Of a stretch of 64,000 nt of DNA, positions 21,651-32,921 are shown piece by piece (within the stretch, counting starts at the first letter, position 1; every line of letters starts with the position of its first letter). Source of the stretch: Naegleria gruberi (Eukaryota); NCBI GenBank assembly GCA_000004985.1, contig GG738846.1, one strand, 5' to 3'. The translations under genes and the position numbers were made by a program. A model generated the notes under the pieces. It was not told the origin of the DNA, made no database searches, and saw only the letters and a program-made list of their open reading frames with translations.

Positions 21651-24600
21651 TTAATTGATGGACCAAGAGAGAATTTCACTTTGATTTTCATCACTTGCAA
21701 TGAAACCTTCATCAATAGAATTAATCATCATTTCACCACATAGTGGACATTCAGAGGATAAGATTTCATCCAACTCTCTCAACTCATCTTGGAGTTGAGA
21801 CAATTCCTTTTGATCGAGGAGACCACTATTGGAACCAGAACTTTGATTACCACTACTACTATTGGCATTCAATAATTCAACTTGTCTATTGTAGAGTCTT
21901 CTCTTTTCCTCTAATTGTTTTAACTTTTCTCTGCCATTTTCAGATTTGGTGTGCTTGATAACCTCTTCGACAAGGGCATCAGCTCTGAAAACATGTTGGC
22001 AAGGGAATAAGTAGAAATCTGTTGTTAAAACAGACTTGGATGAAAGATCACATTTGGCATTGGAAGTAATAAACCCATAACGATGTTTCAACTCCTTAAT
22101 ATCTTCTCTAATCTCACTAGCTGTTTGAGTTGCCAATTGCATATCATTTTTCAACTTTTCAATTTCATTCTTATATTGATCCAATGATTTACAAATTTCT
22201 TCCTTAAAGTCATCAATTCTAGAAAAATCAGGGAAGTATGGTAAAATATCTTCTAATTTGATCTTGTCGGTATAGCTCAAAAATTCAATAGCCTGTTTGA
22301 CACCAGTATTATGGTTAATAACATGCTTTGCAATCTTGAGCCACAACTTTTTCCTATTTTCATCATCATCAGGTTTATCAGCACATTCTCTGGCCAAGTC
22401 AATGTCATCATTTTCCAAGGCGAGATCCACAGCGTCATCAAATAATTGCATAGCACTGTATAATCTAACACATGCCTCTATCTTTTTCTTTTGACTGCAA
22501 ACACGAAGAGCATACTTTGGATCATAGAAATTATTTTCACCTTCTGTATCCAGGAAGGTCAAGAGTTTTTCATCATCATCTAAATCAGCATACAATGTTA
22601 AAAGTAAATTGTGGATAGCTGGATCTTCATTCTCTTGTTTCTTGATACACCACTCCAAGTATCTAATGACGTGATTTTGTTGATCATTTGTCAAGAGTGA
22701 GGAAAATTGTTGATTTTCGTTGAGTTTTTGTGTAATTTTGGCATTATCATCATCTTCGTCGAGAGATTCAGTCAGGGCATCTTCATCATCATCTTCTGGA
22801 GACTTCTTTTTAGTATAGCTTGACAACATGGAATTGTTACTGGAGAGAGCTGTAGTGATATTAAGGTTGTTAGTTAGAGTATGGAAAGTGCTATTGAGAG
22901 TGATTGGTGGTAGACTACCAGTATTATTCATAGAGGCTTGTTGATGGGAAATGTATCTCATCAGCGCAGGGATTAATTTACCAGAATCCAAGAAACGTTT
23001 TTGTGTCAATGTATTGACAGTTTCCTTTGGTAAATGTTGCATTAATATTGGAGAAAACTTGTAAAAGTAATCTTCGTACGCTCTTGTTGTACAAAACTTG
23101 TTAAGAATTTCTAAAGCTTCACTATACTCCTTTTCAGTAATACAGTGGCTAATAACTCTTTCATAATCTTCAATAAGCATGGCATAGTACAAAACTTCTT
23201 CTGTTTGGCCGTGACTGGTAATCAATCTGAATGTTGTTTCCTTGTTTAAGTATTTCTTGTTATCTTCGAGGAACTTTCTAAACTCATTCTTAATGACTGT
23301 ATATTGTTCTTCAAAGCTCACTTGATTAGAGCTTGTAATGTCACGTGTTTGTTGAGATTGAAGTGAAACCAAATCATACAATTCGTTAATCTTATCCAAA
23401 TACATTTCTGTTAACCAGGTACACAAACAACATAATTGTGTTGCATCTTGATTTTCTGTTTTGATATTCTTTTTAAGAGATTGTAATTTGGCCAAAACAT
23501 AGATACGTAAAGCATCTTTTTGACCCTTGTTATGGAAAGCTATGGAAACTTGTTCAAAACTCTTGGACGTCATGGCATAAATGTTGGCAGCATCATTGAA
23601 TCTACCAACTTTGAAGAAATAGTCAGCCTTTGCAGATAATACAATATCTTTTGTTTTTGGATCTTGTTTACATAATTTGAAGGCAACATCAAAATAGGAT
23701 TCCTTAGAAGATTTAGGATCCAAAGCTTGTTCCAAGTACAATTTCCAAACATCTCTTTCCTCATCCTCTATCAAAATTCTCCAAACACTTGAATTACTAT
23801 ACAAATAAATGAATCTATTGGAAGTATCTGTACACATTCCAATCAATTCACCACATGTTCCAACTGGGAAGGTTTTTTGATAGACAACCCTAATGTCTGA
23901 CAAGGAGATTTCGCCAACATTTGTAAGGGAAGCCATGAAGAGATTTAAATTATTACTACTTCCAGTAATGTTTGAATTATCAGTGGTGCCATATCCAAAG
24001 AATTTATCAATGCCTTGAATACCCTGTTGATTAGTTTGATTGTCATTCATTGGATCAACCAATAATGAGCTTAACATCATTGGGTTAACGCTACTAGCAG
24101 TACATAGACCTGGTGGTTGCATTAAAATTTGTAACTTTTCAGGATACAATACAAACATGTGGAATTCGCTAATAGCAATTGAAATAACTTGAGATGAACT
24201 CTTATTATCATATTGAATTACTTCGCTCTCAGTTATAATACTTGTGCCACTTTGTCTAGATTGAGGATTTGCAAAGTTCAAAACACCATGATAAACACCA
24301 GCATTACTGAGCCATGCAAATGATTCTTGATCAGTGAGAGAGGATGAATCCTTTTTGAATAAGTGCAATTCACTATTTGGTAACATGTCACTTCTCTTTG
24401 CAGGCAATTCCTTATATTTTAACAAATCAAATGATTGTTTGTATGAAGCAAATACATCTTGAAGAGTAGGACCTCCAATAAATTCGAACATTCTCAATCT
24501 TGTAGAAACAAGAACCAAATAGGTGTTGAATGAATTCTTAGTCTTTGGGAAGTGTTCAATTTCAATTCCTGTAATTGGTCCAGTACTGACCAACATGTCG

Positions 24601-25403
24601 CAATCGTTAAAGTCGAAAAGTAATTTCAATGAGTTTTTAACTGGATCTTTCAAATCATCATAGAGAATACATTCGAAAATCTTACTGTCATTAGTACCCA
24701 ATAAAATAGTTCCAGTTTCTTCTCTATTACATTGTTCTGCATCCCATCCAATACTTTCAATTATCATATTTTTCAATTTGGCAACCAATTTTGGGTTCTT
24801 GTTATATTGTGTGTTAAAATAATAGTTATCACCATTGGTCATTGATATCAAAACGTGGAAACCAGATGGATCAATGAAGCACTTGTGTATTTTTTCATCA
24901 TCATCATCATCATTGTGGGATAATCTAAATTCTCTATATCTTTCAAAATCATCATCAACATAGATACAAGTATTTTGATTTGTGGCCAATAATAAATTTC
25001 CTTTTGATGCGCGAACATGAGTGAAAGATTTAGAAAATTCAAACTTGATTTCTTCAACTTCAAATCTATCTTGTCCCATATTTTGTTGTTGTAATAAATC
25101 GGAAGGTAAAGTTTCACCATCGTGTTTGTTACTGGAGGCCAAACCTTCGTTTTCATCATCGTTATCTTCATCACTATCAATTCCATTTAAATTATAAGCT
25201 GATGATAATAATGTTGATGTATCATTGGTTTTTTTGTTGTTAGTTAAATTGGATGAGCTGTTTGTTTTATCACCAGCTGTAGTAAAATCCTTTGTTGTTG
25301 AAAAACCCAATTTCTTGTTGGTTGTTTGTCTGGATGAAAAACCACCCAATCCAACATCCCAATCACCACCATTTAACAAATCCTCTTCATCATGGGGAAG
25401 CAT
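21651..25403 (-). CDS. Vps18/Pep3-like HOPS/CORVET core subunit (beta-propeller, clathrin-heavy-chain-repeat alpha-solenoid, C-terminal RING-H2 and CxxC tail), 1250 aa
   Basis: Single ORF; ATG 25403 in CAAAAAATG context. A CHCR-like helical region is followed by the C-terminal zinc motif ...FPCQHVFRADALVEEVIKH... then a coiled coil and the ECPLCGEMMINSID tail typical of Vps18. N-rich inserts explain the extra length. Vps11, Vps8 and Vps41 are not fully excluded. Confidence 0.65.
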   Translation of the reverse strand: MLPHDEEDLLNGGDWDVGLGGFSSRQTTNKKLGFSTTKDFTTAGDKTNSSSNLTNNKKTNDTSTLLSSAYNLNGIDSDEDNDDENEGLASSNKHDGETLPSDLLQQQNMGQDRFEVEEIKFEFSKSFTHVRASKGNLLLATNQNTCIYVDDDFERYREFRLSHNDDDDDEKIHKCFIDPSGFHVLISMTNGDNYYFNTQYNKNPKLVAKLKNMIIESIGWDAEQCNREETGTILLGTNDSKIFECILYDDLKDPVKNSLKLLFDFNDCDMLVSTGPITGIEIEHFPKTKNSFNTYLVLVSTRLRMFEFIGGPTLQDVFASYKQSFDLLKYKELPAKRSDMLPNSELHLFKKDSSSLTDQESFAWLSNAGVYHGVLNFANPQSRQSGTSIITESEVIQYDNKSSSQVISIAISEFHMFVLYPEKLQILMQPPGLCTASSVNPMMLSSLLVDPMNDNQTNQQGIQGIDKFFGYGTTDNSNITGSSNNLNLFMASLTNVGEISLSDIRVVYQKTFPVGTCGELIGMCTDTSNRFIYLYSNSSVWRILIEDEERDVWKLYLEQALDPKSSKESYFDVAFKLCKQDPKTKDIVLSAKADYFFKVGRFNDAANIYAMTSKSFEQVSIAFHNKGQKDALRIYVLAKLQSLKKNIKTENQDATQLCCLCTWLTEMYLDKINELYDLVSLQSQQTRDITSSNQVSFEEQYTVIKNEFRKFLEDNKKYLNKETTFRLITSHGQTEEVLYYAMLIEDYERVISHCITEKEYSEALEILNKFCTTRAYEDYFYKFSPILMQHLPKETVNTLTQKRFLDSGKLIPALMRYISHQQASMNNTGSLPPITLNSTFHTLTNNLNITTALSSNNSMLSSYTKKKSPEDDDEDALTESLDEDDDNAKITQKLNENQQFSSLLTNDQQNHVIRYLEWCIKKQENEDPAIHNLLLTLYADLDDDEKLLTFLDTEGENNFYDPKYALRVCSQKKKIEACVRLYSAMQLFDDAVDLALENDDIDLARECADKPDDDENRKKLWLKIAKHVINHNTGVKQAIEFLSYTDKIKLEDILPYFPDFSRIDDFKEEICKSLDQYKNEIEKLKNDMQLATQTASEIREDIKELKHRYGFITSNAKCDLSSKSVLTTDFYLFPCQHVFRADALVEEVIKHTKSENGREKLKQLEEKRRLYNRQVELLNANSSSGNQSSGSNSGLLDQKELSQLQDELRELDEILSSECPLCGEMMINSIDEGFIASDENQSEILSWSIN

Positions 25404-25563
25404 TTTTTGAATCTAGATTTTTCTTCCTCGCGTTGTTGGGTGGGGTTTGATATTTTTTATTAATAATGTTGAGGCAAAATACAGTGATTTCTCAGCACAA
25501 AGAGCGACCACTACACATTCAATACCAAATATTGTTGCTAAGGCAGTTTGAAATATCAAATAA

Positions 25564-26928
25564 TTATTGTTTATTATTTGCTTGTTCCTTCTTCTTTTTA
25601 ATATCTCGTTTCTTCTTTTGAAGTGTGGAACGAACCTGGAATACATTCTCAATAGCTTGCTTGAAAATATCAAAGTTATAATTAATGAGTCCAACCTTTT
25701 CATAACTGTCCTTTGTTAATAGGCAAACCAAAGCCAAATACTTATTGACCTCTCGTAAATATAATACTGTTCCATTATTGAGTTTAATGACAGCTCCTGT
25801 TTCTTCATCATAGGCACTGCTTGATCCCTCATTTCCATTAATTCTATTTCCATAAATACAACTTATATCAATGACAACATCAATCATATCACTACACAAC
25901 TCATAGGTAGTATTATCAACAGGTGTTGCATCTGTGGCAATATAAATTTTAGAAACAACATCGAAAAGGAAGGCCTTTTCTAATCTGGAATTTGTAACGA
26001 GCATATCCAACAAGTTTTCCAATGTTGGTAATTGTGGAATTAATTTTTGAATAACCTTACTGAAAGCTTCAAAAATAGAGTGATCATAAATACTTGTCAT
26101 GTGGAATCTAATCTTGACATTTGGTGGTACTTTAACTTCGGAATCATTCAATTCATCATTAAGTCTTTGTTGAATATCTTGTTGGATTTGAATTTTGTGA
26201 TCATCACTAATACCGTCCATTTTGTGAATAAAAATCTCAAAAGCAATTTGATCATTGACTTTGCTTGCCTCTTGAATGGTTTCAGCCAATTTGCTAATAC
26301 TGTCCAAGTAATTGTCTTGAGCATCAACAACATATACTATGGCTCCACAACCACTGAAAATTAATTCACATTCAAAATTTTGTGTATCTCCAAATAAATC
26401 AATTTGTCCAGGGAAGTCCCAAATTTGAAATTGTACAAAGGTATTATTCGAAATATCATTCTTTACAATTTTGTTAGTTGATTCCAAGAATAAAGTTTCG
26501 TGTGGCGACATTTTCTGGAAGACAACTTTTTGAATACTTGATTTACCACTTCTTCTTAAACCCATGAGCAAGATACGAGGTTTATCATCATCGAGAGAAT
26601 TATTATTTTGTGCTATGGACTTTCTGAGACTTGAACTTAATTTTTGCTCATTGGCCATATTAGCACCAACCCCAACACTACCAATAACAACATGATTATT
26701 TAGACCGGAATCTTGTTTTCGGTTTGGTGTTGTTGGATTTCTTTGTTGTTTATCTAAATTATCGCCCACATTTGGCGGTTGAGAATAACTTCCAACAAAA
26801 TCTTCATCATCACCATAACCATAGTCATCTCCAGTAAAATTTATATTTTGATCATAGTCTTGATCCATATCATCGTCATATCTTTCATCAATTTCATCCG
26901 ATAAATCAAAATTGAATTGGTGAGCCAT
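25564..26928 (-). CDS. Rag GTPase C/D (Gtr2-like) of the TORC1 amino-acid sensing pathway
   Basis: Likely start ATG 26928..26926 in AAAAAAATG context (MAHQFNF...); the track extends to 27003. G1 motif [14 protein letters not shown] and WDFPGQ (switch II) are followed by the roadblock/longin-like C-terminal domain. D-rich N-terminal extension and K-rich C-terminus. Confidence 0.9.
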   Translation of the reverse strand: MAHQFNFDLSDEIDERYDDDMDQDYDQNINFTGDDYGYGDDEDFVGSYSQPPNVGDNLDKQQRNPTTPNRKQDSGLNNHVVIGSVGVGANMANEQKLSSSLRKSIAQNNNSLDDDKPRILLMGLRRSGKSSIQKVVFQKMSPHETLFLESTNKIVKNDISNNTFVQFQIWDFPGQIDLFGDTQNFECELIFSGCGAIVYVVDAQDNYLDSISKLAETIQEASKVNDQIAFEIFIHKMDGISDDHKIQIQQDIQQRLNDELNDSEVKVPPNVKIRFHMTSIYDHSIFEAFSKVIQKLIPQLPTLENLLDMLVTNSRLEKAFLFDVVSKIYIATDATPVDNTTYELCSDMIDVVIDISCIYGNRINGNEGSSSAYDEETGAVIKLNNGTVLYLREVNKYLALVCLLTKDSYEKVGLINYNFDIFKQAIENVFQVRSTLQKKKRDIKKKKEQANNKQ

Positions 26929-27111
26929 TTTTTTAAATTTATTAATTATTAATAAAAAAAATTGCCAATGACAATTATTGCATTGTGATATGAAATTCTT
27001 CATAATAAAATGTGTGGAGATGCGGGGGTAAAAGGGGGAATGAAGAAGGAATATAAGAATAGGGTGCTATTAAAACTGAAGCAAAGAAGACTTGCAAAGT
27101 AAAAAACTTAG

Positions 27112-27184
27112 TGGAGATGCGGGGTATCGATCCCCGTACCTCTTCCATGCTAAAGAAGCGCTCTACCATGTGAGCTACATCCCC
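27112..27184 (-). tRNA. tRNA-Ala (anticodon AGC)
   Basis: The minus strand reads GGGGATGTAGCTCACATGGTAGAGCGCTTCTTTAGCATGGAAGAGGTACGGGGATCGATACCCCGCATCTCCA. It forms a 7-bp acceptor stem with the G3:U70 alanine identity pair, a D-arm GCTC/GAGC, an anticodon stem CTTCT/GGAAG with loop TTAGCAT, and a T-arm CGGGG/CCCCG. CCA is not encoded. Confidence 0.95.
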
Positions 27185-27397
27185 TTACATAAACAGTTTT
27201 CGAAGTAAATAATCAATATTTAAAGAACCAGATTCCTTTTCCTCCAGTTCTTTGTTCTTAAATTGCATCCTTAAACGATTTTATAAAGAAATTCGATTCA
27301 ATTTTTCAATCTAATTTTCGACGACTTTATCCAACTAAAAGGAAATTCGATAGAACCGCACTAATGATGTCCACAACAATTCACAAGTCCAAAAAAA

Positions 27398-29149
27398 ATG
27401 ATTCATCCATCGGCTGCCACCTCTGGATTAGTAAACAGAAAAAAACTTGATGAAGAACCCATCATTAATTTACAAACATCAAATCAATTCATTCACAATG
27501 AACAACAATTTACACAAAAATCAATTTCCAATTATTTAATTATTTTCAGCATTATTATTAATATTTTACTTTTTTATTTTCTATTTATTGTCTTTCCGAG
27601 GAGGATAACATCCATTGGTGATGGCTATAATTTACCAAATACTAAATGGAATGAAGTAACATTTCTACATCAGCACATTCGATCATCACCATCATTTCCA
27701 AAATCATTTAACATTCATGATTTGATAGCAATCTTGCTGACCAATAAGGAAACTACTGTTGGATCCTATCAATGGTATAAAAATCAATTGGAACAGTTTA
27801 GTTTGTTGGGTACTACTAAATTTAAAGATAGAGTCATGACTAGGTTTGGATTTGATACAGAGAGAATAACTTCGCCAAATATGTTTAATTATTTTAGGAC
27901 ATTTAGTGTAAAGGATAATTGTAAATATCAACACTCATGTCAAATATATCCTTTCAATGATGCCATACGTGAATTTAATATGGGTAATCAATTGGATGCT
28001 GTACTGTATTATTACCATGAGCCTTACAAGTACATTTCTAAACCACTTCACAGTGAAAAGAAAGTTATTGGTTCTCTTTGGCAGAGTTTAACAAATTTTG
28101 ATTTGGAACATGTTTCATCAATGGAAGGTTTACAACAATTATCTGCCAAAATTGATGATTTGAATGGTGAAAATGTTTGGAGAGGAATGAGAACTCTTTC
28201 AATTTATATGAATAGTGAAGCACTTGTAGAGGAAAGATTATCAAACAAGATTCAACTTGTCAATGATAAGGATTCCATGCAAAGATTTTCTAATTCTCAT
28301 ATAGATATTACTTCTTGTTTTATGAAGAATTGTACAGTATGGATTAACTATTTGTATCAACCAATTGATTTAGACTCTCCAAAATTTGCATCTAAAAATC
28401 CAACCCACTCATCCATTTGTGCATTCATTTCCAATTGTATTGCTGGTGGTCAATTGCCACTAAGAAGACTTTTACTGCTTCGTAAATTAGGTCAATATGT
28501 TCCAGTGCGGCAATATGGAAAATGTTTTAACAATGCACAAGAAGGTCCAGGGGGAAAGGCCTTTGAATTGGAAAATAATTGTAAATTCTATTTTGCCATG
28601 GAAAATTCACTCGTACCAGATTACATTACTGAAAAATTCTTTGAAGGAATGAAAGCTCTTGAAAAGGGTGCTAAAATTCTAATGATCTACAAGGGTGCAC
28701 CAAATATTCACTCCTTCAATTTCCCAAAATCCATGTACATTAACATTGATGACTATGAGTCAGTGGATGAGTTGGGCAAGTATTTGAAATTTTTAAATGA
28801 TAATCCAGTAGAGTTTGAAAAGAGATTTGCTCAAATTACTAAAAGTGATAGAATACAAGCTAATAAGGCAATTGATGAGTTGAATTACAAATTAGGTAAT
28901 ACTATTCCTTGCAGATTTTGTAAATCTATTGGGCAAGTTAAATTGGCTAGATACCTTTTATTCAAAATTGGTCTAGTTCCAAAATATTATAAGGTAAACT
29001 TTGATGAATGGAAAGAATTCAGGTCTAAATTTAATTATTTAGGTGAGGAAAGGTTGGCAATTTTGGATTCCATTTATCAAATGGCTTATGCAAATCTATT
29101 TTGTCCTGAAAATTTCAGAAATGAGTTTAATCTTGGATTTCAATATTGA
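27398..29149 (+). CDS. Glycosyltransferase family 10 alpha-1,3-fucosyltransferase-like type II membrane protein
   Basis: ATG in CAAAAAAAATG context. N-terminal signal-anchor (YLIIFSIIINILLFYFLFIVF). The C-terminal catalytic region carries the GT10 motif FYFAMENSLVPDYITEKFFEGM and downstream basic residues. Confidence 0.8.
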   Translation: MIHPSAATSGLVNRKKLDEEPIINLQTSNQFIHNEQQFTQKSISNYLIIFSIIINILLFYFLFIVFPRRITSIGDGYNLPNTKWNEVTFLHQHIRSSPSFPKSFNIHDLIAILLTNKETTVGSYQWYKNQLEQFSLLGTTKFKDRVMTRFGFDTERITSPNMFNYFRTFSVKDNCKYQHSCQIYPFNDAIREFNMGNQLDAVLYYYHEPYKYISKPLHSEKKVIGSLWQSLTNFDLEHVSSMEGLQQLSAKIDDLNGENVWRGMRTLSIYMNSEALVEERLSNKIQLVNDKDSMQRFSNSHIDITSCFMKNCTVWINYLYQPIDLDSPKFASKNPTHSSICAFISNCIAGGQLPLRRLLLLRKLGQYVPVRQYGKCFNNAQEGPGGKAFELENNCKFYFAMENSLVPDYITEKFFEGMKALEKGAKILMIYKGAPNIHSFNFPKSMYINIDDYESVDELGKYLKFLNDNPVEFEKRFAQITKSDRIQANKAIDELNYKLGNTIPCRFCKSIGQVKLARYLLFKIGLVPKYYKVNFDEWKEFRSKFNYLGEERLAILDSIYQMAYANLFCPENFRNEFNLGFQY

Positions 29150-29243
29150 TTCTTTTGCTCCTAATTCATTCCACCATTGAGTTTTTTGCTCCTAATTCAT
29201 TTTTCGAGAATTGTGATATGACAGTGTTGTTATTAAAATAATA

Positions 29244-30005
29244 TTACAGGATTGGTTTTGAAGTGAATTGATCACAAAAACCATTCAACTTTTTGAGTAA
29301 GTCAGTTTGTTTCTTTTTCTTTTGTTTCTCCTTCTTATTTTCCAAATACTTCCTATAAAACTCATAGTATTCCTCTTCATATTTTGAAAGAATGGGCGAA
29401 ATTTTGTTTGTAGGAGTTTGTTCAGACTCTTTCTTGGTCTTTTTTAAAATAAATTGATTCAGAAAATCTCTAATAATCTTGAAAATTCGAAATTGTTTCA
29501 CCACATTTCTTCCATAAATTACCAAGGTAAATAATAATCCTAATATGAAATATATTAATAAATTAATTTTAAATTTGAGATTGCTTTGATTTTTAAAAAA
29601 GCCAACCAATGGATTATATAAATTAATGGATGCTTCATTCATTCTATTAAATGATGATTTATAACTCATGGTATTGTTATTTAATTCTTCTCCGAATTGA
29701 TTTGAAAATACTTGATTCCTTTCCGTTTGTTGTGAATTGTGTAATTTGTAAAATGATGACGGATAGGAAGTGTAAACATTACTATTAAAGTTATTGGTGT
29801 TATTATTATTGAATAAGTTGTTGTTGTTATAATTATTGTTGAAGGGAGATGAAGAATTTGTGACAGAGTTATATCCACCCATATCTCCTCTACTCATTAA
29901 ATTATTATTATTATTAAAATTTGTATCCTGATAAAAATCATTCCGAGAATAGGGCAATGATGATGGATTGAACATTTTTTTAATTTTTATTTCTAAATAA
30001 TCCAA
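29244..30005 (-). CDS. Hypothetical N/Y-rich single-pass membrane protein, 253 aa
   Basis: ORF with an N- and Y-rich prion-like N-terminus, one TM (LLIYFILGLLFTLVIYG) and a K-rich C-terminus. Its start lies only 40 nt downstream of the stop of the preceding same-strand gene, so the start/UTR is uncertain. Confidence 0.35.
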   Translation of the reverse strand: MDYLEIKIKKMFNPSSLPYSRNDFYQDTNFNNNNNLMSRGDMGGYNSVTNSSSPFNNNYNNNNLFNNNNTNNFNSNVYTSYPSSFYKLHNSQQTERNQVFSNQFGEELNNNTMSYKSSFNRMNEASINLYNPLVGFFKNQSNLKFKINLLIYFILGLLFTLVIYGRNVVKQFRIFKIIRDFLNQFILKKTKKESEQTPTNKISPILSKYEEEYYEFYRKYLENKKEKQKKKKQTDLLKKLNGFCDQFTSKPIL

Positions 30006-30044
30006 TAATTTGTATTCATTTCGAATAAATTGAATATTGATTAA

Positions 30045-31874
30045 TTATTGAGAACCTGGATATTTGCATGGGAGACTAGTTGGAGTGACATAACCAGCAG
30101 AACTAAACTTGATTGGTGGAAGAGGAATTGGAATACCATTATCATTACCAGCAAGACCAAATTCCATTTCAACAGAGAATGCAGTCCATCCCTTAGCTGG
30201 ATTTGGAACAAAAACATTGTAAGACCATGGATCATCAGGTGTGGTGGATCTGATAACGGTTGGTTCAAAGCTTTTACCTGTTTCAGTAATACGGAAATCT
30301 CTTGCCTTTTCATTGGTAGAAGCCCACAATGTTACTCTGAATGGAGTAACACCATTGAGAATTCTGATTTGAACATAGGCACCTTCTGGAGCATAGTTAT
30401 GAGAGAATGTATAGGTTGGAAGAGTAATGTTATAGAGAGTGGCAAATGAGAAGGTCAAAATGGTTTCCCAAATATCAGATCCAGCCATAGAGTGGCCAAC
30501 ATTAGGAATGTATCTTATTCTGTTGTCACATTAAAGTGGTAAGGTTGTAATAATTTCAAATTATTGAGATTATTGAAAAAATTAAATGAAACAAACCTTT
30601 TGAGATCATCACTACCAGGCAATTGTGGATAACTGTACAATGCCAAATCCTTTTTAAAATTAATTATTAAAATAAAATTATTGAAAACTTACAGGCCAGA
30701 AGAAGATATCTCCCAAACCATTGATAATAAACTTATTAATATTGGCATAACGTTCCTTATAAACGAGAGGATCAATAATTTGAGTCAATTGAGCAAATTC
30801 CTTAGTTTCCAAAAGATTCATAACACCTTGATCAGTGTAAGCCTCTGTATATATTATTTCACACCATTTTAAACATCCAAGTATGATTAATGAAAAAAAA
30901 TAAGCATTCATAAAGATATAAAATCCCAAAAAAAACATACCCATAGATTGTGGCCAAGAACAGAGAGAATTATAAACATGTTCCAAAATTTGTTTAAAGT
31001 TCAAAACTTGAATGACAATTGGAATAATTGTCTTGACTCTCTTATCAGTGGCAGCAACCAACCAAGTAGTCCAACCTCTCTTGGAACCACCCAAAACAGT
31101 AAAGTTTTCAATGAATTGACCACTTTTAACACCCATAATGGAATTAATAAAACTTTGCATAGAATCCATAGCAAGTTTAGCAGATTTAGCCATTGGTAAT
31201 TGAATAATCCAATCAGAGGCTGCTGAACCATCCTTTGTGTTATTCAAGAAATGTCTCCAAGTGAAAGCAGTAATTTCATCCTCAGTTCTACTTTGTTTAG
31301 CTGGATCACTTGCAAAGACAATTGGTTGATTAGGAATTTGAGTCAAATCAGCAATAATAGAACGTGTAACACTAGCCACCAATACAAGGTCATTGACATC
31401 ATTTGAATCAGGAATTGGTCTAATGTTATCACCACCATTGATCAAAAGGGAAGCTGTTCTCAAATTCTTATTTAAATTCTTTGGAACAACAACAGTAAGA
31501 GCATGTGTCCATATGGAACGAATTCCAACTTCTGATGGTGTTAAATAGGCTAAACTAGTCATATTCAAAATATAAATTGTTGCAGCAGGATTTTCAGTTT
31601 GAGAGGCGAGTTTATATCCATAGACTGGATCGGGAGTAGCCATGTACTTGTCGAGAATGGTATTTCCATCCTTGAAATTATTAGAAGAAGGTGGTCTATT
31701 CATGAGTGCAGCCATTGTTGTTGTTGTCATTGTCATCATTATCATGCAAAGCAGTAATACTGCTGATGATGATTTAAAATTAATTGATAAAATCATCGCG
31801 GGATCTATTGTTGGTTTTATAATATTGTTATTGTTGTTGATCAAAATTATTGATGATAAACGGAAGAAGCACAC
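30045..31874 (-). CDS. Secreted PhoPQ-activated-pathogenicity-related (PqaA) family protein, AprA-like; 3 exons, about 570 aa
   Basis: Exons 31874 (or ATG 31796, MILSINF... giving a signal peptide)..30693, 30649..30597, 30519..30045. Introns 30692..30650 (GTAAGT..AAAAAG, 43 nt) and 30596..30520 (GTTTGT..CAACAG, 77 nt). Phases are consistent and merge track ORFs 30678..31874 and 30045..30488. The hydrophobic signal region is followed by ...VLGGSKRGWTTWLVAATDKRVKTIIPIV..., reminiscent of PqaA-family proteins and Dictyostelium AprA-like secreted factors. Confidence 0.55.
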
Positions 31875-32124
31875 AGAGTTGTTGCTGTTGTTTTTTCAAA
31901 AAAGAGAGAGAATCAAATGGACCACTGTGTGGTGTGTGTGTTTCTCTCATTGATGCCTTAATATCCAAGTTGGAAAAAACCCTACCCCACACATTAAGAA
32001 GAAGCTTCACATTTAAATGCGGAGAAGCTTTTACAACGACAAAAACTCCTTGGGGCTGCAAATAGAATGAACTATTCACAGTCATTTATCTTCACAGTTT
32101 ACTTGAATAAAAAGTTATAGAACT

Positions 32125-32787
32125 TTACAATTTGTGATCGTCACCCAAACCACCTTGTTTGCAACAATCAACGAAATAACTAACAGATCCCTTTCCACTT
32201 CCAGTATTATAATAGGTCTTCCAGTATTGTGCTTGGTCTTGGAGAGATGTCGGAATTGCTGCTGGAATTGTGAATAAATTCAAACGAGCAGCCAATACAG
32301 AATATAAGGCACGTACACATTGTGTCCACTTTACACTTTTCCATTCAATACCCATCTTGTTATCTAATTCTTCGAATTTTTTGGCAAGGAAGGGATGAGA
32401 GGATGAATCTTGTGAGTTTTTAAATCCAATATCATCCACTGTTTTGTTTGTTGTTAACAGAGATTCCAATAATGAATCAAGTTCAATATGATCATTAAAA
32501 AGTGTAAGTGTGTGATCAACCACAAATTGATGATATGAATACAACTAACCTTGCCAAATACCTCCATAATATCCACTTCTATATGTTCCTGGAGCTTGCC
32601 CATAGTTTGATTCACACAAAGCAACTCTCTTCATAAAGAGATGAGTATTGCTATTCAACCAGCCCAAACCATCAAGCTCTCTCAATGCAGCATCAACCAC
32701 AGCTTCTCCCATATCTTGTGCACTGATCAAAGCACCGACTATTGACAATAATAACAATGCAACAAGAACAACAAGTATTCCTTTCAT
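32125..32787 (-). CDS. Secreted goose-type lysozyme / lytic-transglycosylase-like protein, 2 exons, about 185 aa
   Basis: Exon 1 is 32787..32550 (AAAAAAATG; signal peptide MKGILVVLVALLLLSIVGALISA). Intron 32549..32439 (GTTAGT..AAAACAG, 111 nt). Exon 2 is 32438..32125. The spliced product ...ALCESNYGQAPGTYRSGYYGGIWQVDDIG... matches the G-type lysozyme catalytic region (..SRESHAG...GLMQVD..): Glu in CES, Asp in QVDD. The two track ORFs are in-frame read-through. Confidence 0.55.
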
Positions 32788-32921
32788 TTTTTTATTAATT
32801 GTTGAATAATAATAATTAATACAGGATATTACAGTGAGTGGTCATAATCAATAGCAAGATTATATCTCTTTTAACAATAATATCAACAATTGTTGTCCTC
32901 TAGAAAGATGAAAATAAAAAA

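Noticed and set aside
25413-25703. Track ORF (96 aa) overlapping the 3' end of the RagC/D gene
   Set aside because: It is in a different frame over a well-conserved GTPase C-terminus and the short spacer to the next gene. No start context or domain.
26975-27169. Track ORF (64 aa) overlapping the tRNA-Ala gene
   Set aside because: It runs antisense through a canonical tRNA and has no coding-like composition, so it is a chance ORF.
29153-29204. Short direct repeat ttttgctcctaattcatt (two copies) downstream of the fucosyltransferase gene
   Set aside because: It is an 18-nt duplicate in a 3' UTR/spacer and too small to call a mobile element; likely a slippage duplication.
30041-30449. Track ORFs 30041..30313 (minus) and 30048..30449 (plus) overlapping the last exon of the PqaA/AprA-like gene
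   Set aside because: Alternative frames of a region whose sense frame (30045..30488) continues the spliced PqaA-like protein.
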